Shown here piece by piece: positions 43,766 through 53,221 of a DNA stretch of 64,000 bases. Below the pieces are notes generated by a model. The model made no database searches. It was not told where the DNA came from and was given only the letters and a program-made list of their open reading frames with translations. The position numbers were made by a program, and so were the translations under genes. The DNA is taken from contig CBDBCZ010000019.1 in assembly GCA_965203295.1 (NCBI GenBank), positions 1,504,001 through 1,568,000 on the forward strand. Direction: 5' to 3'. Source of the DNA: Nitrospirales bacterium. GTDB taxonomy: Bacteria; Nitrospirota; Nitrospiria; Nitrospirales; UBA8639. Every line of letters starts with the position of its first letter. Positions within the stretch are counted from its first letter, which is position 1.

Positions 43766-44566
43766 TTACACGCTACAAGAGACGTGGTGTTCTTGAAGGG
43801 TTGTGATGGAAGGGTTTGATCTGCAAAGTGGGCATTGAGGATCTTTGGGACGGCCGACCTTACGGAATTTCATCTCAAGGGCGTCATAGATAAGCAACCG
43901 ATCAGCGAGCGTTTCCCCAAGTCCTAAAATTTCTTTTATCACTTCGTTGGCTTGGAGCACACCGATCGTTCCGGCGAGAACTCCCAAAACCCCAGCCTCT
44001 TGGCAATTGGGCACTAGGCCAGCAGGAGGAGGTTCCGGATAAAGACACCGATAGCAGGGGAAGCCTTCGTGAGGTTTGATGGTCGTCAACTGACCTTCGA
44101 ATCGAAAAATACTCCCCGAGACCAATGTTTTTTTCGCAAAATAACAGGCATCGTTCACTAAAAATCTTGTGCCAAAATTATCAGAACCATCAAGCACAAC
44201 GTCGTAGGATTCGAGGATGCCCATAATATTGTCGGCATTAATGTGTTCACCGTAGGTCTTGACCGTGACTTCAGGATTCAAAGCCGATAACATAGTGCTT
44301 CCAGATTGCACTTTGGGTGTGCCCACGGTTGAGGTCGTATGTAAAATCTGGCGCTGAAGATTCGAAAGATCGACCACATCCCCATCGACTAAACCCAAGG
44401 TTCCAATTCCTGCAGCCGCCAAGTACAAGGCTGCGGGAGACCCTAATCCACCCGCACCAATAACTAGCACTTTTGCTTCACAAAGCTTCTGCTGGCCTTT
44501 GCCACCCACATCAGACAAAATGATGTGTCGGCTGTAGCGTTCAATTTGTTCGTCGGTAAGATCCAT
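43766..44566 (-). CDS. ThiF/MoeB-family adenylyltransferase (E1-like), copy 2
   Basis: RYSRHI, GAGGLG, D.VDLSNLQRQ, CYRC...PPP...C.EAG and C-terminal CPLC. Confidence 0.93.
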   Translation of the reverse strand: MDLTDEQIERYSRHIILSDVGGKGQQKLCEAKVLVIGAGGLGSPAALYLAAAGIGTLGLVDGDVVDLSNLQRQILHTTSTVGTPKVQSGSTMLSALNPEVTVKTYGEHINADNIMGILESYDVVLDGSDNFGTRFLVNDACYFAKKTLVSGSIFRFEGQLTTIKPHEGFPCYRCLYPEPPPAGLVPNCQEAGVLGVLAGTIGVLQANEVIKEILGLGETLADRLLIYDALEMKFRKVGRPKDPQCPLCRSNPSITTLQEHHVSCSV

Positions 44567-44579
44567 AGGAGAGAATGCG

Positions 44580-44818
44580 CACTCTACAAAGTTTAACTCA
44601 ATAGGATCGACTAACACGCTTTTGTTTCTAATTCCTTCAATCGCACGTTCGATTTACTCAGTTTCGCCTGAGAATTCAACATCCATCCATCCTGTTGTTT
44701 CACGGACATCGGCACGGCGAATACTTGTCACGACCTGATATTCATGGCCAATTTTATAAATAATAGGTTCAGGGATTTTTTCTTCAAGGAATCGGATATG
44801 AAACCTGAGTTTGGTCAT
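44580..44818 (-). pseudogene. NIL-domain protein with in-frame TAA at 44654
   Basis: [10 protein letters not shown]...EPIIY.IG..YQVVTSIRRADV..TTGWMDVEFSGETE*IERAIEG.....V.VDPIE. ATGA overlap with moaD. Confidence 0.75.
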
Positions 44819-45093
44819 GATGATCCCCCAGCAATAGCAGGGACAATCGAAACTTCATCACCTTCTTTGAGTGGCGTATCTTTCCCAGTCAAAAAGCGAA
44901 TATCTTCTTCGTTCACATAAATGTTAATAAACCGTCGAAGATCACCCTTTTCGTCACACAAACGATCTTTAATGCCAAGATGTGATGAATTCAGATGTTC
45001 GATCATTTCACCAACACTTCCTCCTTTGACCTCAATCTCTCCCTTTCCTCCAGTCATGGGTCTCAATGGAGTCGGAATACGTACCTTGATCAT
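44815..45093 (-). CDS. MoaD/CysO-like ubiquitin-fold sulfur carrier
   Basis: [22 protein letters not shown] and [11 protein letters not shown] (GG plus 2 residues). Confidence 0.93.
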   Translation of the reverse strand: MIKVRIPTPLRPMTGGKGEIEVKGGSVGEMIEHLNSSHLGIKDRLCDEKGDLRRFINIYVNEEDIRFLTGKDTPLKEGDEVSIVPAIAGGSS

Positions 45094-46328
45094 GAATTCC
45101 CCTGTTGTCCAAAAGTTTGTTCAAATTTAGAAAGACTTGGCGGAATTCGGATTGGCCGGCCAACAGCTTCATTCACCGCTTCCGGTGTTTTGAGTCCATT
45201 GCCGGTGATATAGGCTATGGTCACATCGTTCTTTTTGATAATTCCTTGTTTGGCTAATTTCCTTAGAACTCCGACTGTCACCCCACCGGCGGTTTCCGCA
45301 AAAATGCCCTCTGTTTGTGCTAACAGCTTAATGCCATCGACAACCTCGTCATCCGTGACAGAGTCCATAACCCCCTGACTTTCTGCGACGGTTTTAAGGG
45401 CATAATATCCATCAGCAGGATTTCCGATAGCGAGAGATTTCACAATCGTATGAGGTTTGACTGGCTTAAAAAAATCTCTTTTTTCCTTAAAAGCTGTGGA
45501 GATAGGCGAACAGCCTTCTGCCTGGGCTCCATGAACCCTTGTGGAGACCTCTTTGAGGAGATCAACCTTTTTAAACTCGTTTAGGCCCTTCCATATCTTG
45601 GTCAGTAACGAGCCCGATGCCATAGGAACAACGACGTGATCTGGAGCACGCCAACCTAATTGTTCAACCGTTTCAAAGGCAAGGGTCTTTGAACCCTCAG
45701 CATAGTATGGTCGAATGTTCACATTCACAAATGCCCAACGACGTTCACCAGCAATTTCACTGCAAAGCCGGTTCACATCATCATAGGTGCCCTCGATTTC
45801 CACCACTTTGGGTCGGTAAATGAGATTGCCAAGGACTTTCGCGGCTTCCAAATCGCCTGGAATAAATACATAACACTGCATCCCTGCTTGAGCAGCATGG
45901 GCGGCTACCGAATTTGCCAAATTTCCAGTTGAGGCACAGGCGGTAGTTTCATAACCTAGTTCTCGAGCGCGGGTTAACGCCACCGCAACAACTCGGTCTT
46001 TAAACGAAAGAGTAGGATGATTGACACAATCATTCTTGATGTACAATTCATCGATACCCAAGAAGGCCCCAAGATTTTTTGCCCGGACAAGTGGAGTGAA
46101 CCCCGCATGTATGCCAACGGTTCCAACGCCTTCAACCGGGAGGAGATCGCTATATCTCCACAGGCTTAAAGGACCGGATTGGATTTTCTGTCGTGAAATC
46201 GTGTCCTTAATTTCCTCGTAGTTATATTTCACTTCTAAAGGGCCAAAACATAATTCACAGACGTGAATCGCTTCGGTGGGATATTCCTTTGCACATTCAC
46301 GACAGATAAGGGCTTTCATTTTTGCCAT
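45090..46328 (-). CDS. thrC: Threonine synthase-like PLP enzyme
   Basis: N-terminal CxxC...Cxx[11 protein letters not shown] (PLP Lys), ASTGNLA, EGSKT and TGNGLKT. Confidence 0.88.
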   Translation of the reverse strand: MAKMKALICRECAKEYPTEAIHVCELCFGPLEVKYNYEEIKDTISRQKIQSGPLSLWRYSDLLPVEGVGTVGIHAGFTPLVRAKNLGAFLGIDELYIKNDCVNHPTLSFKDRVVAVALTRARELGYETTACASTGNLANSVAAHAAQAGMQCYVFIPGDLEAAKVLGNLIYRPKVVEIEGTYDDVNRLCSEIAGERRWAFVNVNIRPYYAEGSKTLAFETVEQLGWRAPDHVVVPMASGSLLTKIWKGLNEFKKVDLLKEVSTRVHGAQAEGCSPISTAFKEKRDFFKPVKPHTIVKSLAIGNPADGYYALKTVAESQGVMDSVTDDEVVDGIKLLAQTEGIFAETAGGVTVGVLRKLAKQGIIKKNDVTIAYITGNGLKTPEAVNEAVGRPIRIPPSLSKFEQTFGQQGNS

Positions 46329-46353
46329 GTTCTTTGTTCCCTTATTGCACCTG

Positions 46354-47181
46354 CTATGAGACTCCCACAGTACCGGAAGATGGCAATTTACAGGCTTCTT
46401 GTTCATGGTCAAAGAGTTTAGTAATTTCTGAATGAGGCCCACACAAAATACAGTTTGAGTTTCGCTTGACTTTTATTTCCCGGAAGCCTGTTTTGCGAGC
46501 ATCAAAATCCAAAAAACGGTTCGTCAATGGTTGCCCGATTCCCAGAATAAATTTTAAGGCTTCTGTCGCCTGAATAGAACCAATGATTCCAGCCACAACA
46601 CCGATAATCCCGGCTTCCTGACAACTGGCCACAAGGCCAGGAGGTGGCGGATTTTTAAAGACACATCGCAAACACGCAGACTCCTTGGGTTTAATCGAAA
46701 ACACTCGTCCTTCAAAACGTAAAATACCTCCATGCACCAAAGGTTTATCAGCAAAATAACAGGCATCGTTGAGAAGAAATTTCGTGGGGAAATTATCAGC
46801 GCCATCGATCACGACATCATATTTCCCGATTATTTCCAGTGCATTGTGAGCAGCCAATCGGTCTTCATATTGGACAACCTTGACGTCGGGATTCAACGCG
46901 TAAATTTTTTCAGTCGCGGACAAAACCTTTGAACGACCAACGTCGGGAGTATGATGAAGAATCTGTCGTTGGAGGTTTGACAGATCTACAACATCGCTAT
47001 CGATCAACCCAATGGTATCGATACCTGCAGCAGCCAGGTATAAAGCAGCGGGAGATCCAAGCCCTCCGGCTCCTACGACGAAGACGCTGGCCTGGGCCAA
47101 CTTTTTTTGTCCTTTTCCGCCTACTTCGGGAAGAAGTATATGGCGGCTATATCGAGTTATTTGTTCGTCAGTAAAATTCAT
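46354..47181 (-). CDS. ThiF/MoeB-family adenylyltransferase (E1-like), copy 1
   Basis: RYSRHI, GAGGLG, SNLQRQ, CLRC, C.EAG and CILC. Confidence 0.93.
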   Translation of the reverse strand: MNFTDEQITRYSRHILLPEVGGKGQKKLAQASVFVVGAGGLGSPAALYLAAAGIDTIGLIDSDVVDLSNLQRQILHHTPDVGRSKVLSATEKIYALNPDVKVVQYEDRLAAHNALEIIGKYDVVIDGADNFPTKFLLNDACYFADKPLVHGGILRFEGRVFSIKPKESACLRCVFKNPPPPGLVASCQEAGIIGVVAGIIGSIQATEALKFILGIGQPLTNRFLDFDARKTGFREIKVKRNSNCILCGPHSEITKLFDHEQEACKLPSSGTVGVS

Positions 47182-47262
47182 GGATACTGTTATTTTAAAG
47201 ACTCAACGGAGGGCAATCAAGATCCTACGACCCATAATCCTTCCTGAGTCCCATTGTATTAT

Positions 47263-48192
47263 TTAAATGTTGAAATATTTTTCAATACTCAGGTACCGCT
47301 CCCCGGTATCACACAGTACGGTCACGACAGTTTGATCAGGCCCTAATTCTTGAGCCACTTGTTGAGCGGCAAACACATTCGCCCCCGCTGAAATACCAAC
47401 CAATAGCCCTTCCTTTTTAGCCAACAACTTGGTGGTTTGATAGGCTTGTTCGTCAGTGATGGTCAATACGCGGTCGAGAATTGAGCGATTCAAGACATCG
47501 GGAATAAAGCCAGCACCAATCCCTTGAATTTTATGCGGTCCGGGGTCTCCACCCGATAGAATAGGAGATCCAGTCGGTTCTACGGCAATCACCCGGATCG
47601 AAGGATTGCGTTCTTTAAAAACTTCCCCACAGCCGGTAATTGTTCCACCTGTTCCGACCGCAGCGACAAAGGCGTTAATACGTCCTTCTAATGCATCCCA
47701 AATCTCCAATGCTGTGGTTTTCCGATGTATGGCCGGGTTCGCTGGATTGGAAAACTGATTGGGCATGAAATAATCAGGATTTTGAGTGACGATGCTTTCA
47801 GCTTCTTTAATAGACCCTTTCATCCCATCCCAAGCCGGTGTTAAAATGAGTTGTGCCCCATAGGACGAAAGCAAACTTGCCCGTTCCATACTCATACTTT
47901 CCGGCATGACTAATATCAGTTTATATCCACGAACCGCAGAAACGAGGGCCAATCCAATACCCGTATTGCCGCTCGTCGGTTCGACAATGGTTCCTCCAGG
48001 TTTGAGACTTCCGTCCTTCTCTGCCTCGTCGATCATGTTGAGGCAGATTCGGTCTTTGACACTTCCCCCAGGGTTAAAGAATTCAACTTTGGCATAAATC
48101 GTTGCTGTTCCCTCTGGAGAGAGGTGATTCAGCCGAACCAAAGGGGTATTTCCAATGCCATCTGTTATCTGCGGTAAGAATAGACTTTTCAC
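47263..48192 (-). CDS. cysK: Cysteine synthase A
   Basis: IGNTPLV, NPGGSVKDR, EPTSGNTGIG, GTGGT, PHKIQGIG and DTGERYLS. Confidence 0.95.
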   Translation of the reverse strand: MKSLFLPQITDGIGNTPLVRLNHLSPEGTATIYAKVEFFNPGGSVKDRICLNMIDEAEKDGSLKPGGTIVEPTSGNTGIGLALVSAVRGYKLILVMPESMSMERASLLSSYGAQLILTPAWDGMKGSIKEAESIVTQNPDYFMPNQFSNPANPAIHRKTTALEIWDALEGRINAFVAAVGTGGTITGCGEVFKERNPSIRVIAVEPTGSPILSGGDPGPHKIQGIGAGFIPDVLNRSILDRVLTITDEQAYQTTKLLAKKEGLLVGISAGANVFAAQQVAQELGPDQTVVTVLCDTGERYLSIEKYFNI

Positions 48193-48389
48193 GCCCCTCC
48201 ACCCATATAAAAGAGAAATTCGAGTTTATCTCCGTCTTTCACAGAAGTGGCCCCTAATTGATCCCTTTCCACCATCTGAGTGTTTAATTCCACAGCAACC
48301 ATATGCGGATCAATTTCCTTGACTTTCAGGACATCCAAGACAGTCGAACCATGTATATCTTCGGGTTTTCCATTAATTGTTAATTGCAT
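48189..48389 (-). CDS. thiS: ThiS-like sulfur carrier
   Basis: INGK, VAVELN and GDKLEFL..MGGGA. Confidence 0.88.
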   Translation of the reverse strand: MQLTINGKPEDIHGSTVLDVLKVKEIDPHMVAVELNTQMVERDQLGATSVKDGDKLEFLFYMGGGA

Positions 48390-48481
48390 GAGATACTCCG
48401 TAGATTATCCTAGATTCAATGGAATTCACCGTAACAAATTACTTATTATTTAGTCAAGAAAATCAAGGGATCCTGCATGCT

Positions 48482-49207
48482 CTACAGCAATTGTGGAATG
48501 AGATCTTTGGCTCGTCCTTGAACGGAAATGTCCACTAAAGAGGAATGCGGGGTAGTATCCAAATTGAATTCAGCAACAAAAGCACCTTGCTCTTTGGCAA
48601 TCGGCCCAAAAGAGGCTGCAGGATACACCAGACCTGACGTGCCGATGATGAGTAACACATCACAGGAACGAAGGGCCTCAGTACTGTCGGCGAGGTCCTG
48701 AGGGTTTAGCGACTCACCAAACCAAACAATGTGCGGACGAACAAGACCCTGGCAAATGGAACACGTTGGTAGAATCGGAATAGGCACGTCCTCGTTCGCC
48801 TGAATGTTTCTGCAAGATGTACATCGAACTTTCCAAATATTCCCATGAATTTCCGAGAGCTTTTGTGAGCCAGCTTTGGGGTGAAGGCCATCGACGTTCT
48901 TGGTAATGAGCCAAAATCGCTCAAAGAGCTCCTCCAACTGAACAAGGGCTAAGTGGGCAGGATTCGGTTCCTTTGCTGCAATCAATTCCCGACGCCAATT
49001 GTACCACTCCCACACCAATCGTGGGTCTCGGTCAAAGGCTTCTAGAGAGGCCAACTCCTCAGATCTGAAATCCTTCCATAATCCTTCTTTTCCACGAAAA
49101 GTCGGAACCCCGCTATCAGCCGAAATCCCAGCCCCTGTTAACACAGTAACGGAGTGAGCTTGTCGTAATCGATCGCGGACAGTTTGAAGGGCGCTTATCG
49201 AATCCAT
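48482..49207 (-). CDS. cobB: Sir2-family NAD-dependent deacylase
   Basis: GAGISADSGVPTFRG, PNPAH, ITKNVDGLH (canonical TQN), HG, CxxC..CxxC, RPHIVWFGE and GTSG.VYPAA. Confidence 0.9.
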   Translation of the reverse strand: MDSISALQTVRDRLRQAHSVTVLTGAGISADSGVPTFRGKEGLWKDFRSEELASLEAFDRDPRLVWEWYNWRRELIAAKEPNPAHLALVQLEELFERFWLITKNVDGLHPKAGSQKLSEIHGNIWKVRCTSCRNIQANEDVPIPILPTCSICQGLVRPHIVWFGESLNPQDLADSTEALRSCDVLLIIGTSGLVYPAASFGPIAKEQGAFVAEFNLDTTPHSSLVDISVQGRAKDLIPQLL

Positions 49208-49256
49208 GAGTTCTAAGTTAGAGTTTTTCCAGACAGTGGCAGAAATTCGCGTCCAT

Positions 49257-50425
49257 CTACCTCTTGCCGTCCAAATTAGGCTGCAGAAATGAGGTAATCC
49301 CAAAGAGCCATCCAGGAAACCCTCTTCCCCCTATACAAAATTGTGAACTAAGTCCTGCTGCGACCATACATTCCCATCCGAATGGCACATATCCAGCATA
49401 TCCAAGAATAGGCATTTCAAAAATCTGAAAACGTTGCACAAAAGAGATAGGGTAAATCCATTTTGCTGCACTGTGAAAGTTCCACATCTCCCAGAAAAAC
49501 CCGCACATCAAAATGGCCATGGCAGGGAGATACACAGTCTCCCAATTCCCTTGGGCTATGCCTGAAAAGACCATATCCTCATTCCATAAAACTTGCAGGG
49601 AGAGCACCACCAGCAAAGGTGCGATTTAAATTAGAGGAAAAGAAAGCTTGGCCATCGCGCAAGACCTAATAGCCCAAAGGATCCCAGAAAGAGCGTGACA
49701 TAAGCGATAGAGCGTTTATTGAAAATCTGCTGAGGTTGATGGTCGAGCCTCGTCTGAAGTTGTTGAAAAGATGACAGCCATTCCGTCGTACTCAGGACTG
49801 CAGGAAGGACTGTGGAGAAGGCAATGGTGCTATGAAGAGTATAGACAAGTGGAGAAAAATCTTGAACCCCAACGTAGTGCCAGTTTTGAACCAGCCGATT
49901 GAGAAACTCAAAGTACCGCCAAAACATGGCACTCGATGGGAATAAAATCAAGAAAAATCCTGGCCGTGTGGCAAGCAAACACCTTCCAGATCGTGCATAA
50001 GTATGAGAATTGATGAAAACAATGTACGAAAGCCACAGCGGAGTAAACGTGAAGGTTTGAAATTTCTCAAACCAGGCCATCCGTCCCCAGGCCAAAGTCC
50101 ATGTGGCACTTAAGAGGCCTAAAGCAAGCCAGCCCCACCAGGGAAACGAGAGACTTTGGGGTGTGACTACAGAGATGTGCCTTTTTTTATAATGGAGAAA
50201 AAAGAGGAATATGAACATTCCCAAGAACATCAACTCAAGAATGGCGAGAACACCGAATACTTGCCAAGAGAACGGCGCATGGATGACGTGCGGTTTAGTC
50301 GGTGGGAATTCTAAATATGGCTCAAGAATATTTTGGGATAAGACAAGGCCAATTAACGGCAGACCGCTCAGAAGGAGGAAAAGGACGACAAGTCTGATCG
50401 AGAGTCTTTGGAATAGGCCCATCAT
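49257..50425 (-). pseudogene. Multi-pass membrane protein, split
   Basis: Two hydrophobic ORFs. The junction reads FPLI*IAPLL after a 1-nt shift. The C-terminal part has FWEMWN and FEMPILGY.GY.PFG. Confidence 0.72.
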
Positions 50426-50633
50426 TCTATCTTGCTTATCATATTCATACGTAAAACTGGGGCTTCAGATAACGAACAGTATCAGATGAGGCAGGGAATG
50501 CCTGCTACACATAGGGATGCGCAATCGACAGTTTTCTTGCAACCCTAATGGGCCTTATCGACTGAATGAGGTAGCTGAAAACAGGAAAGGATGAGACGAA
50601 GTGGACTGTACGATCCTCAGAAATCGTGGGGTC

Positions 50634-51359
50634 TTAGACCTCACCAAGGTATCGCTCCAGCAAACTCCAATAGTCACGGATCCGTTTAACATAACGGATA
50701 GGCTCATATCCTCGAGCATATCCGTATGGGAGGGTTTTATAATATTTCTTTTGGGCTAAGAGTGGAAGGACGGTCTTCAAGTCATCCCAACGATAGGGGT
50801 TCTTGTTGAATTTCCGGGCCAGGGTCTGCGCATCCTTTATGTGCCCCATTCCAACATTATAGGCAGCGAGGGCTATCCATATTCGATCGTATTTGGGAAT
50901 AAATTTGGGAACCTGTTTTTCTAAATAGGCATAATAGCGTGCGCCCCCATCAATGCTCTGGATTGGGTCTAGACGATTTTCGATACCCAAGGAGGATGCA
51001 GTATTTCGTGTGAGCATCATGAGGCCTCGAACGCCTGTGGGACTCTTTGCCTTATGGTTCCATCTAGATTCCTGATAAGCTTGCGAGGCCAAGAGTGTCC
51101 ATGGTATCCCGTTTTCTTGGGCGGCTTTTTCAAATTGCTTTTGATACCTGGGGAGCTTTATATCGATGTCGAATCTAAACCGTTTTTCATCCAGCCATGG
51201 GAGTGAAGTCTTTATGGTTGTGACTTTTAGGGTTGGTTTGGTAGAAACCTGAGCGATTTGTTGGGAGTTTGAGTCGTTCCATAGAGCCATCAGGGTCAGA
51301 GGTGAAAGAAGAAGGACGCAGGCCCCGAGGACTTTAGTGAGTTCTTTCAAGACAGGCAT
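50634..51359 (-). CDS. MltF-like lytic transglycosylase (SLT domain only)
   Basis: YQESRW...A.SPTGVRGLMMLT, ALAAYNVG.GH and YGYARG.EP..YV. Confidence 0.9.
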   Translation of the reverse strand: MPVLKELTKVLGACVLLLSPLTLMALWNDSNSQQIAQVSTKPTLKVTTIKTSLPWLDEKRFRFDIDIKLPRYQKQFEKAAQENGIPWTLLASQAYQESRWNHKAKSPTGVRGLMMLTRNTASSLGIENRLDPIQSIDGGARYYAYLEKQVPKFIPKYDRIWIALAAYNVGMGHIKDAQTLARKFNKNPYRWDDLKTVLPLLAQKKYYKTLPYGYARGYEPIRYVKRIRDYWSLLERYLGEV

Positions 51360-51611
51360 AAAGATGACCTCTCGTATATTTTTCTTCTATAGTTCTTAGG
51401 GGGAGTTAAAGATAGTCCCCTCACTTTTGAAAATGAGGGAACTCAAGTTAGTTCTAGATAATTAGCGCAATTTTCTCATGTTTGACCTCTCTTGGGCAAG
51501 AGAAAATTTGAAAAAATTTTCATCCAATTTTCCCTTTTTCTATTCGAACAAAGTGAGCTAGACGGATGGGATGAACCTACTTCCAGATTTAAAGAAAAAC
51601 CTATAGATAAG

Positions 51612-51783
51612 TAGTGTCCGGTTAAATTTTGTCCGAACTGAAATTATTTCAATGGCGTCATAGGGTTATAGCAATATAGATGGCGTTATCGACTTGAACA
51701 CCGCGTAACGTGGATAAGTACTTTTTTATAGTTAGTCCCTTAAACTTTCCAAATAGTTCATTTTAAGTTTAACCGGACAGTTA
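51612..51783. mobile_element. ~170-bp MITE
   Basis: Exact 12-bp inverted repeat TGTCCGGTTAAA (51615-51626) / TTTAACCGGACA (51768-51779) around an AT-rich non-coding core. Confidence 0.65.
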
Positions 51784-51788
51784 TAACC

Positions 51789-53156
51789 ATGGATAAGGAA
51801 AACCCTTTTAATTTCAAAAAGATATTGGTTGTAGGAGCTGGGTCGGTAGGAGGTTACTTTGGTGCCCGGTTGGCCAGAAAATATGACCATGTTTCTTTTT
51901 TGCTACGCCCTAGGACCCTCCAGACCGTGCAAAACAGAGGCTTAACCATTCGTAGCCACTCGGAAACTTTTACTGTTCATCCCCGAGTAACCTCTAACTC
52001 ATCGGATATTCCTCCTCAAGATTTAATCATTTTAGGAGTTAAAGCCTATGATTTGGATGAAGTATTAAATCAAATTGAGCCGATTCTTCAAAAGAATTCA
52101 ATCCTCTTGACCTTACAAAATGGAGTCACCATTGAAGATCAAATTTTGGCTCGGATTGCGAAAGAAAATGTCGTGGGTGGAGTAGCATTTATTTACTCAA
52201 AGATCGCCGAGTCAGGAGTCATAGACCATTACAAACGAGGAACGATTACCATCGGCGAATTAGATGGGAAAGAATCCCCACGTCTCAACACAATAGGTGA
52301 TCTGTTTAAGGCCGCTGGCGTTCCCTGTCTAATCAGTTCAAATATTCGCCAAGCGAAGTGGGAGAAAATGTGTTGGAATTGCGTATTCAATCCCTTGACA
52401 GTCATGATCAATGATTGTGTCGCTAAGGCATTGGATCTACCTGAAATGCTCAATATCATTCCATCCGTGGTTCGAGAGGTTATGGCAGTTGCTGCAGCGA
52501 ATGGAGTGCCGCTAGCGGCTGATATGCCTGAAAAAGTTGTCCAATGGTCCCAACAACTCCGTGATATTCATACGTCTATGTATGATGACTGGAAAGCTGG
52601 TCGTCCCACGGAAATTGAATACCTAAATGGCTATATTGCAAGAAAAGGACGTGACCTGGGAATTCCCACCCCCCTTAACGAAGCCTTCACCGCATTGGTC
52701 AAGGCCATAACGCAAGGTGAAAGAATGGAGAAAGGAAGAGTGAGAGTTGAAGGAGAGATTATTCAGCCTGTATCTCTTGATGCGCAGGCTTTAGTCAATT
52801 TACCGAATGAGTTTCAGGTCACTGATGTGAGCAAGTTGGCTCCGGGATTCCAAGGGAAAGGTGTTCGAATCGAAGGAATCTTAGAAATGGTGACCGCTCA
52901 TATTCAGGCTGATCATGTCACGTTTCATTCAGAAGATGGACAGTTTTCGGCAAGTCTCTCTTTGCAAGATGCACGTGACTACGGCATTCTTCTTTACGAG
53001 GTCAATGGGATGCCGCTGGCACGAGAGAAGGGAGGACCATTTCGTCTGATCGCACCAGGGTTAGGTGATCTCTGTGCCAACGTCAAACATGTTTCGAGAA
53101 TAGAGCTGACAAAAGGAACAGGAAAAGATACTCGTCCGTCGCTGAAAACCTGCTAA
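51789..53156 (+). CDS. panE: Ketopantoate reductase fused to a molybdopterin-oxidoreductase-like C-terminal domain
   Basis: PanE part: GAGSVGGYFG, VKAY, LQNG, WEK..WN, SMYDD and TEIEYLNG. C-domain: NG.PL..EKGGPFRLI.PG...NVK.V.RIE. Confidence 0.85.
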   Translation: MDKENPFNFKKILVVGAGSVGGYFGARLARKYDHVSFLLRPRTLQTVQNRGLTIRSHSETFTVHPRVTSNSSDIPPQDLIILGVKAYDLDEVLNQIEPILQKNSILLTLQNGVTIEDQILARIAKENVVGGVAFIYSKIAESGVIDHYKRGTITIGELDGKESPRLNTIGDLFKAAGVPCLISSNIRQAKWEKMCWNCVFNPLTVMINDCVAKALDLPEMLNIIPSVVREVMAVAAANGVPLAADMPEKVVQWSQQLRDIHTSMYDDWKAGRPTEIEYLNGYIARKGRDLGIPTPLNEAFTALVKAITQGERMEKGRVRVEGEIIQPVSLDAQALVNLPNEFQVTDVSKLAPGFQGKGVRIEGILEMVTAHIQADHVTFHSEDGQFSASLSLQDARDYGILLYEVNGMPLAREKGGPFRLIAPGLGDLCANVKHVSRIELTKGTGKDTRPSLKTC

Positions 53157-53221
53157 GGTCTTTTCGTGCCATCCCTGCCCATAACAAGAAACTTCAAACC
53201 TTTCAAAGGCATAATCCTTTT

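Noticed and set aside
2479..44818. Alternative genetic code or stop-codon reassignment explaining the in-frame stops
   Set aside because: All three stop codons occur internally, they coexist with frameshifts, core genes have none, and TAA/TAG/TGA all end intact genes.
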